NCBI RefSeq assembly: GCF_009914755.1
Contig: NC_060930.1
From: the human T2T-CHM13v2.0 reference genome, Homo sapiens
Reading direction: 5' to 3' (one strand)
DNA length: 64,000 nt
Shown here piece by piece: positions 32,599 through 44,200 of the stretch (position 1 is its first letter; each line of letters starts with the position of its first letter). A program made the position numbers and the translations under genes. The notes beneath the pieces are model-generated. The model was given only the letters and a program-made list of their open reading frames with translations, was not told the origin of the DNA and ran no database searches.

Positions 32599-34480
32599 TA
32601 ACTGGTCTAGTCCAGGGAAAGGGAATTAAAGTGTTCTATTGGTAGTACATTTCTGAATATTTTCCTTGTATCTACCTTAATTTCTGCTTTATAAGAGCTA
32701 CCTATTTGGTATTTAGAACTTAAATACATGTCTCATATATTCATATGAATTTTATACTTTACATTATAAAGTGCCCTTCTTGTCACACTCAATTTTTTTT
32801 TTTTTTTTGGTGAGGAGTGTCTGAATTTCATCTTGTTTGGTAAGACGAATGTGACCTCTGCTTCCCTTTTGTTTGCATTCTCTTGTTATGTCTTTGCCCA
32901 TCATCTTATTTGTTGAAAATAATGAATACATCTTTCTGAGTGGCTTTATGTTAGGTGTCTTTTGCATATTGCAAATAATAGAGTTTTTATCTTAATCTAA
33001 TTTAAAAATATTTTCATTTATTTAGTTCAGTTAAGAAGCCCATTTATAATTATTCATACAGCAAATAGATTCAGTCTAATTCAGAGATATTAACTTCTGT
33101 TAAGTATAATGTTTACATGAGTATTTTTAAAAATCTTTCACTATGTCTTTATTGTGCATTTTAAAAATTTTACCTTTTCAGATATTAAGGAAGGTGTATA
33201 TTTCAAGGTTGCTTTGATAAGTTTATTTGTATATAATACACTTAGTTCCCTCTTCCTTTAGATAATTCCTATTAGTTTTAAATAATGAACAATCACAAAA
33301 CTAGCTCATATCCTCTCCCTTCCTCTTTCTGTGTGTGTGTCTACCTTTGTAGTCTTAAATGTGTAAATACGAGCACTTGATTTATTAGTTTTAAAGAATA
33401 TATTTTGATTCCTAGATGTTACAGACAAGAACATCAACAGGCTTATTTGATATCCTTATTCATTTTTCCACTTATTCTATAATCATTGAGAAATGTGTTT
33501 CAATTTCTCAATTAATTTCTTCCTATAATTCTCCTATATTTCTTACATATTTTGTAGTTTTATTGCTAGGTGCAAACTGATTCAGTTTTAGTATAATGTT
33601 CTGGTGACTTCATTATCACTATGTAATGGCTGTCTTTGTTTTTACTAATGCCTTTGGTTTTAGACTATATGTTTAGATATTTCTGTAATTACATAAGCTG
33701 TCTTTCTGTCTTCTGTTAGTGTTTGCTTTGTGTATCTTATATCTGGTTTTGATTTAACATTTTCATGTTTTTAGGTTTCTTGTGATCTTATGAAGGGCAT
33801 ATAACTGGATTTTGCGATATTGTTAATCTAATCTGAGAACTTTCCTTTAACTCCCATATTTAAGCTATTTATACTTGTGATCACTGTGCTATTTACATTC
33901 GTTTCTGTTACAATATATGGTGCTCTGTATTTGCTATGTCTTACTTTGCTTCTTTTGTTTTCCTTGCATCACTTATATTAAATCAATTACATTTTTATTT
34001 AAAGTATTATTTAATTTCCCCTTACTGATTTAGGAATTTTAAATTCTAATTATATTAGTTAAAAGTCAGTCTTATATTTTTAACATGTTTACCAAATGTG
34101 GCAGCATCTGCAGGTAATCAATATCTCTACCCTCCTTTCAAACAAGACAAAGACTTTAGGTGCTTTAACTTTGTCTGCCTCATTCTCATGTCACTTGTGG
34201 TTGCTCTGCCTTATTTTTAAATTTAATAGTCATTTTTATTACTGATTTTTATCGTTACAGTCATATTTCATTTCTCATTCTGATTTTCCAATATTTTAGA
34301 CAGATTTGTTATTGTTGTTTGTGTGTGTGTTTATTTTTCTCATCTTTGCTCCCTTATCCTTCTGGGTTTAGTATCTCTGTTACTTACATGATAATATTAA
34401 AAAGCAAATGATAACTACAATACAATGCTACTTTCACCCAGAAGATTGTCAAAATTTTAAAAATTAACACTGTCTGTTGG

Positions 34481-34481
<1 letters not shown>

Positions 34482-34522
<41 letters not shown>
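34482..34522. repeat. (TA)20 microsatellite
   Basis: Read directly from the sequence. Confidence 0.95.
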
Positions 34523-34524
<2 letters not shown>

Positions 34525-36699
34525 AGAAACAGATAAACTCATATGTTGCTGCTGGAACTATAAATTAATATAGCCTCTATGAAGGCAATTTTGCAATATC
34601 TATCAATATTTGTAATGTATATATTGGACTCAGCAACTCCCCTTTAAGATTGTATCATACTTGTATTTTTGCACATGTGCATTACAATGTCTATACAAGA
34701 CTAACTAGCAACAGCAAAAGACTTCCAATAACCTAACTAGCCATCAGTAGAAGGAAACAGGATAAATGAAATATGGAACTTCCATAAAATAGAATACTAC
34801 ATAGCCATATATTTTTAATTTAAAAAATAAAGTTCAGAACAGTGAACTTAGAGAGCTGCTGTTTGCGAAAATACTGAGCAAGAATAAAGATATACATATT
34901 TGCTTAATACACAGTAAACTTCTCTGGAAAGATAAACACAAAGCTGGAAGAACGGATTGCCTATGCAAGAGGAATTAGCAAACCTTGAGAAGGATTGAGA
35001 GTGAGGCTTTCCTCTGTATACTTCTTTGTGTCTTTTGAATTTCAAACCACATTCATATATTGCTTATTTAAATAAATAAATAATATATTTTAAAAAGAGG
35101 ATAGTAGGAAGATAAGTGGAATCAGGGAGTACAGGCAACTCTTTTGAGGAGTTTTATGCAAAGCTGGGCAAGTCCACCTCTTCCTTAGCTATGTGACCCA
35201 GGCAAGTTAGTAAATGTTTCTAAAACTCCATTTTCTCACTCTTAGAATTGAGATAGTAATACCTGCCACATAGAATTATCTTGAAAAATAAGGTAAGAAG
35301 ACAGGTTTCAGATACTTGCCACAGCAATAGCACATAGTAAGCACCAGTGAATGCTTAGTAGTAGTAGTAGTCTAATTCCTAAGAGTCCATGGAACTCTAG
35401 GTTCAAAACCCAGTTTCTTCTGGGACCATTAGATGGCATCAGACTCAAGCAGGTGCTCCTCTAGCTGACAGCTCTAAAACACAAGGAAGATCTTTGTTTT
35501 CCTTATTCCCTAGTCCTTTCCCCACAAAATTCTGACAATTACGCATTTCCTGCTTGTTTCACAATTGCCATGTGGATTCCAAGTGGCTATCCCTGGGTGG
35601 AGGCATAAAGGACTTGAAACTCAATGCTGTTTCCACATAGGGCCGGGCAGACAGGCTATGGAGGTGTTTTGGCATCCAAGGAAATCTATCAGTTTCCCAA
35701 GCTTTCCCCTCTCCATTCATACTTTCCTTTAGAAAGAATAAGGCATGCCTGGGTGGGAAAGATACTGCAGGTAAGCGACAAGAAGGGGAAATTACAGGGT
35801 AAGGAGATCAATCAAATGGTGATGGGGGGTAGGAGTGAACAAAAAGAACTCTGGAGCAAACCAGGATTAGTGACATCTGTGGTTCCCAGACAAACCACAC
35901 TTACAGGAATTTGTCTGTCTAGCCCGAATATTTTGACTTTCAGGGAGCATTTTTCTGTGTCCCTGACATAAAGCCTACCTGGGAGTTTCCCCTGAGATAA
36001 GAAACTTTCAGGACATCTTAAGGTCTACTGCATCTTCCTGTACTGCCCATCAAGATAAGTTTTCCACCCAGCTTTATCATGATTAGCTGCGTGATTTCAT
36101 GTCAGTTTCTCTGTAAAATTAGGTTTGACTGTTGCATTATTTTTAAGATGCCTTCCAGGCTTAAAGTATTATGATGCATGGGTATAACTGTACTGAGGAA
36201 ATCAAAGAATTTCTCAGATCATCTTCTTCTGTGAGGGCTGCAGCTTCCATGTAGTTGGGAGATACAGGAATTATTATTCCTGTTTTATGAATAAAGGACA
36301 TTTGTGGGAGAGAAAGGAATCAGGCCAGAGTTCTTTCTCTCCAAATGCCTATTTTACCCTCTGTGAAATTTGAGAGATGGATGGGTGTGGAGCTGCAAGT
36401 CAGCCCCAGGATGAAAGAAAGGCAAATCTGCACAAGAAACTGCCCACTCTCACCCCATCCTCACTGCACCCTGCTCCCAACAGCTGCCAGGCAAGAAAAA
36501 ATCCAAAACAGCAGTTCTGGGGAATTCATTGCCAGCACTGGAAACTACCTGCTGTTTCCAGGAATATGAAGGTTTCTCTTTCCTAGAATAGCAACTTTCC
36601 AAGGTAAGTCCCTCCCAACAACCAGTGATATGTACAATGTTGCATTTTCAGTGGTGGGAGTGGGCAGGGAGGATTAAGATTAGTACGATGGTGGAGATA

Positions 36700-37400
36700 T
36701 TTATTCATTTATTCAATTGACTATTTATTCTCCACTATGAATTAGGCCCTCGGCCAGGTAGCAGATATAAAGCTTAATAAGATATATGGCTTTCCGCCCA
36801 GGTGCTCATGGTCTAGTGGAAGGTCAAAAAAGGTGGGAAAGGGAAGATAGAACTTTAAAAGGGCTGTGAAAGAGGTAACCGCACAGTGATAGAAGCACAT
36901 GGAGAGTTCCCCAGACTGACGACATAAGTAAGGCCTCCTGGAAGACCTGAACCCTGAGTTAAGTCTTGAACTTGAAAATCAGGGGCGAGTCGAGCAGAAA
37001 ATGGGCAAGAAAACACCATATGCAAAGGCACAAAGGTGTTGGGGAAGGCAGAAGTTTGTCGTGGAGCTGGATACAACAGGAGAGGGTGAGACAGATGGGC
37101 TGGAACAGTGTGTGCTCTGAAAAGGATCTCTGCAGCAGGGCTTGAGAGCACCTGAAGGAATTTCCAGAAATGCCATCATCGTATGTGACACAGAATTTAG
37201 AAAAATGACTTTGTGAAGAATGGCCGGAAGAGGGAAGCTAATGGTAGAGAAACCTCTCTGGTGATGGGATCATCTTAAGTCTATGAGTGAAGACTATAAC
37301 AACGGGACTGGAGAGAAGAGAATAGATTCTGAATTATTTAGAGCTAAGAGCAGCAGAGCTTTTCTTGATGGGATTATGGATTAGGGTTTATGGACCCAAG
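36700..37400. mobile_element. L2 fragment followed by a MIR (about 37420-37615)
   Basis: atttattcatttattcaa L2 end; MIR core cttcagtttcctcatctgtaaaatgggg. Confidence 0.65.
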
Positions 37401-38280
37401 ATGCAATATAATTGATTGGGTCAGGGTGTGGACTCTAGGGTCAGGCCTGTGTTCAAACTCCAACTCCACCACTACGACCACCTTGGGAAAGTCATTGAGC
37501 CTCTTTGAGCTTCAGTTTCCTCATCTGTAAAATGGGGATAATAACCAACCTCATAGGGTTGGGGATAATGATTAAAAACGATAATACATGAAAAACACTT
37601 AGCATAGCTCCTACTCCCATTAAAACTCTATAAATGGTAGCTGTTACCAATGTCGCTATTAATACTGTTAATCAGGGAACTGTTCTCTGTCCCTCCAGAC
37701 CCTAGCTTCTTCAAAATAGCAGACACTGGTAGGAACAAGGAAGGATATAGGAAGGCAATCTCATGAATATTTATGTCATTTTTGGTTAATTTCTATCTCA
37801 AACAACAGATAAACGACTGATGGGACAGGCAGCAAAATAGCAACTATGGTTATCTCCAGGAAGTGAAACAATGGGTACTTTTACTTTTCTTCTTTGTACT
37901 TTTTTATATTGTCTAAATTTTCTATATGAATGTATACAGTTCATGTAAGAAGGAAAATATTTTAAAATATATGTATTATGCCACAAAATACTCCTCATCA
38001 CCAGGCAAAGCTCTAGTCACCAGGGAATTAAGTTTCCTGGACACAGACAGCCCCCACCCCACCCCACCCCACCTCTCCACCCCACCAAAAGCACACAGTG
38101 TCCAAATCTCCATCGTGCCTGCAACTCAGGAACAGCTATCTGGCCGCACAGCTCTAGGGAAACTCAAAGCAGGAACAGCTCTGGGTCCTGGAGACGCCCC
38201 TGAGAAGAGGGCCCAGTATCCCTGGGGCCTCAGTCCATCAGCCGCTGCTGCACCAGGCGGGAATAGAGGTCCTGTCCCTC

Positions 38281-41200
38281 CTAGAGCTGGGCAAGCTTCT
38301 GCAGCTTGCCCTCCTGGAGCACCAGGATCTGGTGGGCGCGCTGAACTGTCTGCAGCCTGTGAGCAATCACCAGCACTGTGCGATCCCCACGGGAATTCCA
38401 GTCCTGCAGCTGAAGGGGTGATCACAGTGCCTCAGAAAGACAGGAATGAGATGGACACCACATCCACCTGGGCACCATCTCTTATGATTTAGGGTAAAGA
38501 AGGTGTGAAATAAAAGAAGGTAGGAAAGGGCAGTAGATAAAGGCCTGGACTGCCCTTCTCTCCCGGCTGTACTGCCACAGCTGGAGGAATGGAAGCCCAG
38601 GAGGGAACTGGGGCTGCCCTCACACCACCGGATTCCATTCCCCAACCCCAAGAAGGCACAGACTGTTTCCACTAGTAGGTCCTTCGTCCTCCCTCTGCCC
38701 AATTCTGCACAGGCTGATCCTCCCAGCATGCCCCTCCCAGGCCCCACTGTCCCCTGCCCTCTCACGGTACTCACGGCCTGCTCGCACTGCACATCTAGGG
38801 CACTAGTAGCCTCATCCAGGATGAGGACCCGCGGGTCTCGTACAAGGGCCCGGGCAATGGCCAGACGTTGTTTCTGTCCCGCAGCCAGCTGGCTTCCCTT
38901 CTCCCCGACATCTGAGGAAATCAGAGAAATTCCCTTCCTCAGATACAAGTGACACAGACAACACACAAGGAGGGACAAGTGCACAGCAGGTACTTCCAGT
39001 AGGACCTCGGGAGGTGGGAGGGCCCAGTGCGGGGAGGGCCCAGTGGGAGGAGGGCCATGGGGTAGGGACCTGACGGGGCTGCCCATGGAGGGAGCACCAC
39101 TGCTGCATTGCTCTCTGCAAACAAAGACTCTTGATCAAGAGGGAGGCTGAAGAATTCAGTGTGTGGGGAAGGAGACGTAGGAATGGAGGAAAGGGCAGAG
39201 GAACAGCAAACATCAAGCTACAGGGACACGACCTTCACCACTAAGAGTAAGTCTGATTTTCTCTTTTTTACTGAAGGAGCAAGCTTACAATTTGTAGAAG
39301 ATACCTGTGTATATTCCATGCTCCATTTCCTGGATGAAGTCATCTGCGTGGGCAGCCTGGGCAGCCGCCATCACCTTATCATCTTCGCAGCTCTGCAGCC
39401 CATAAGCAATGTTGTTCCTCACAGAACCGGAGAACAGCACAGGCTCCTGCCCAACTGAAACCACCTGTGCAGCAGGGACAGGGGCAGAGGACTATGTGTA
39501 AACCCCCAAGGCAGGGGCCCTTTTGTCCTCCCCACCTACCTCCCTCAGAATGAACACCTGGTGCGCCTTCCCGTGGATCTCCCATCCTCTCTCTGTACAT
39601 GCTCCCCTCTCCTGTCCCCTGTCTTCTCCCTCCTCACCCACCTGGCTGTGCAGGTAGCAGTGTTCATACTGTGAGATGGGCTTTTCATCCAGCAGCACCT
39701 GTCCCCCTGTGGGCTGGTACAGATTCTGCAGCAGGGCAGCCACTGTGCTCTTCCCAGACCCATTGGGTCCCACCAGCGCCGTCACCTCACCAGGACGTAG
39801 GGTAAACGTCAGCCCCTAGAAAACCAGAAAAAGAGTTAAGGGCCTGCCCCTTCTCCCTCAAAATCCCTCCATTTCTCTTCTTAGCAGAGGCAAGACCAGG
39901 TTCTCAGAGGCAAATGAACTATAGGCTGTGATGTCCAATTATGCATTAGCAGCAGAGAGCAAGGGTCCAGGTTTCCTCCCTCTTTCAGGCACCTTGAGCA
40001 CAGGCCTGTCAGGGCGATTGGGATATGCAAAGGAGACGTCTTGGAATTTCACAACCCCCTGCAGAGTGGTGGGGGCAAGCGTGCCAGGTGAAGGCAGATT
40101 TGGCTGTCGGTCCATGTAGGAGAAAACCTTCTCTGCAGCTCCCACGTTGCTGAGCATATCCCCATATATGTATACCAGGGTCTGGAAAACAGGAATGGGA
40201 GAGCCGGCTAATTAAACACACTTCTACCAGAAACCACCCTCCCAACTCCTCACACACTCCACTCACAACTGCACTGCTCCTCCTCCATACTCAAAAGAGA
40301 TTCTCCACCTTTAAATGTACAATTTGGATGGAATTTAAAAGTGGCACCAATACCCCAGTGTTCCAATTTGCAATATAAAGGATATACAGTCCATTCTCCT
40401 ACCATACAGCATTGCCTCTAGCCCCAGATCTTTTCAGTTACTGCTTCCTATTACTTGTGCCCAGTTCTGTCTTGCTTGATTAGACGGGGAGCTCCTTAAA
40501 TGCAGGCACTGTGCCCAACTCACCTTTGTAGCCGTCAGAGTGCCCAGCGCAGTTCTCTACACAAAAAAGATGTTTATCAAGTGTCTAGGAAAATGTTTAA
40601 ATAAAGCCCTGGATGAAGTAGCTGTTTTTGAGAACTGGTAAATGTAGGAAGAGATCTAAATGCTCACTCTGCCTTTCCTCATCAAACTGTACCACCGGGT
40701 AATGAAATGGTAGATGAGGGGAAGTCTCCCTTCATAGACTACTTCAGCTAATACATGAAGAATGATAGAGTATCTCCCTTTTGCAGCCCTAATTCTGTCA
40801 TGGATGTAGGTACTGCTCATCAGTGGCTGATGTTGCCACAAATAGAGAACCAGACATTGTGTGCCTCTTGGAGGAAGAATGCATCACCACCTAAAAAGTA
40901 CTGTTGCTGGAAAAAGACCAAAAAAAACCCCTCAATCTCACAAGCTTCTAGGTTTATCTATCAATAGACAGGAAGTACAGAGGCAGAAGAGCATATAATA
41001 CCACAGGGATTCAGTCAACAAAATCCAGACCCTAAGAAACTCCACAGGACAAACAACCTATTTCTTCAACAAATAAACTGTGCAAGGGAAACTTTTAGAC
41101 AGATACATGGATTGATGGGTGGATGGATGGATAGATGGATGGATAGATAGATAGACAGACAGACTTAAAAGATGTATCAACCAGTCACAATATGTGGACC

Positions 41201-44200
41201 ATTTCTGGATCCTGATTTAAGCAAAGTATAATAAACACACTCATACACATATACTACATGGATACCACAAGTGGAAATTTGACAATTGACTATTTGATAA
41301 ATTTTAAGAACTACTGTTAATTTTTTGGTGTGATAATGGCTTTGTTGTTATACACTTTTAAAGATGTTTGTATTTTTAAGAAACATACTGAAATATTTAC
41401 AGATGAAAGTATACAATATCTTGGATTTGCTTCAGAATAATATGGGTGGGGGGAAGTGGCTGGGGATACAGATCCAACAAGATTGGGCATGAGTTGATCA
41501 TTGTTAAAGCACAGGATGTATACATGTGAGTTTGTAATATTATTTTGTCTCATTTTTGGCATATGTTTAAAATTCTCCATAGCAAAATTACTTGCGGGTT
41601 TTGGTTTTGTATTGTATTGTTAAAAAGAACAAATAAAGCCCAAGGCCCAGGAGTCCACAAAGAAAAAGAGAGGGAAAAAAGGAGAGCAGGCTTGGCTTCT
41701 CGCTCACCTGCACATAGCTCCCCACGCTCTCCTGGTAGATCATAAAGGAAAGCAGGCTGCCCTGGGTGAGCTCCCCATCCTGCATCTGCTGCAGCCCACA
41801 GCTCAGCATCAGCATCTGCACCCCCAAGTGCAGCACCTGGAAGAGGAGAAGAAAGAGATGAGGCTGGGAATCTTCCCATTCTTTCCCCCTCTCTGCCTCT
41901 ATGAGACTGAGCTGCAAAGGCCTCTAGAACCAGCTGTAGTTTCCTCTTCCCTTGCCCTCCCCCTTTCCTGGGCTCCTTTCACAACCACTCTGGTATCTTA
42001 CCCTCCTTACGAGCAGGTACAAGGCGCGTTCCAGGTCTCTCCGCCAATACAGCTGCCGACATTGTTCAAGGGCCTCTTTATAGCGACAGACTTCATGCTC
42101 CTCGGCCCCAAAACTGCGAACGGTCTGCAGCCCTCCAACGGCTTCCCGCACCACCTGCCCCGCCCTGGCCACTGCATCCTGGATCTCCCGAAGCACTTCC
42201 TGGAAAAGAGGGCCAGCAAACACCAGGGCTGATGTGCAAAGACAGCAGGCCCCCACATCTTACTCCAGCCAGTGAGATGCTCCCTAGTCTACCTAAAAAT
42301 ACCAAACTGTTTCTCTCCCTCTTCCTTACTCTTCTTTCCAGAAGGAATAAGAGTGAAGGAGCAAGGGAACAAAATATTATTGAGCTCTCAGTGTTAGGTA
42401 GTATAGGAGATACATGCAATTTTTTTAACCTTCATTTGAGGTAATTTTCCCATCCCCAGTGTCTGAATCAGGAAAGAAGGGTAGTTTTCCCAAGGAGCCA
42501 CAGATAGTTAAGAAAGGTGGAGATGTAATTCCAAATGGATCAGAGGCCTAAACATAAGAGCTAACACTATAAAACTCCTAGGAAAATGTAGAAGAAAAGC
42601 CTCATGCCACTAGATTTGGCAGTGATTTCTTGGATATAACACCAAACGCACAGGCAACAAAAAATAGATAAATCAGACGTCATCAGAATTTAAAACGTTT
42701 GTGCATCAAAGAACTCTAGCAACAGAGTGAAAAAGCAACCATGAAATACAAGAAAATATTTGTGAATCATATATCTGATAGGAAATTAATAGGCAAAACA
42801 TATAGTGAACTCCCACAACTTAAAAAAAAATCAGAAAATGGGCAAAGAACTTGCAGACATTCTTTCAAGAAAGAAACATAAGTGGCCAAAATCACACGAA
42901 AAGATGCTCAATATTTACTAATCATTAGGGAAATGCAAATCAAAACCACAATGAGATAATCCTAATCACCTAATCACCATTAGAATGGCTATTAAAAAAA
43001 AAGACAACAGAAAGTGGTGTTGATGAGGATGTGGAGAAATTGGAAACCTTATGCACTGCTGGTGGGAATTTAAAATGGTGCTGCCGCTATGGAAAACTGT
43101 ATGGTGGTTTGATACGATCTGGCTGTGTCCCTACCCATATCTGATCTTGAATTCCCATGTGTTGTGGGAGGGACTGGGTAGGAGGTAATTGAATCATGAG
43201 GGCAAGTCTTTCCCATGCTGTTCTTGTGATATTGAATAAGTCTCACGAGATATAATGGTTTTAAAAAGGGGAATTCCCCTGCACAAGCTGTCTTTTCTCT
43301 TGTCTGCTGCCATGTGAAATGTGTCTTTCACCTTCCGCCATGATTGTGAGGTCTTCCCAGCCACATGGAACTGTAAGTCCAATAAACCTCTTTCTTTTGT
43401 AAATTGCCCAATCTTGGGTATGTCTTTATCAGCAGCGTAAAAATGGACTAATACATGGTTCCTCAAAAATTGTTAAATAGAATTGCCATATGATCCAGCA
43501 GCTCCACTTCTAAGTATATACCCAAAAGAACCAAAAGCAGGGTTTCAAACAGGTGTACACTCATGTCCACAGCAGCATAATTCACAACAGCCAAAAGGTG
43601 GAAACAATGCAAATGTCCATTGACAGATGAATGGATAATCAAAATGTGATATATGCACACAACAGAATATTATTCAGCCTTAAAAGGGAGGAAATTCTAA
43701 CACATGCTACAATATGGATGAGGCCTGAAGACATTACGCTAAGTAAAATATGCCAGTCACAAAAAGACAAATACTGTATGGTTCCACTTACGTACCGCAC
43801 CTGGAGTCATCACAATTCATGGAGACAGAAGGTACAATGGAGGTTGCCAGCGGCCAGGGGTTGGGGGTAGTAGGCAGTTACTATTTAGTGGGTACAGAGT
43901 TTCATTTTAGGAAGATGAAAAAAGTTCTGGAGATGGATGGTGATGATGGTTACCCAATAACAATGTGGGTTTCCTAAATGTCACTGAACTGTACACTTCA
44001 AATGGTTGAAATGGTAAATTTTATGTTATGTATGTTTTACCACAATATAAGAGAAAAAGAAAAGGTGGAGCTGACATTCAGACTTAGGACTTCCTGATGA
44101 CGCCTCCTTTCCCTATGCTGCATCCAGACTTCTTCTGCTGATTTTAAAGGGAAAATCTCCCTGCCTAAAAGCCTCTAAGAAACCATTTTTAATCTTCGCA

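Noticed and set aside
37926-39216. ORFs of 188 aa (+) and 239 aa (-)
   Set aside because: Antisense shadow and intron read-through of TAP2 exons.
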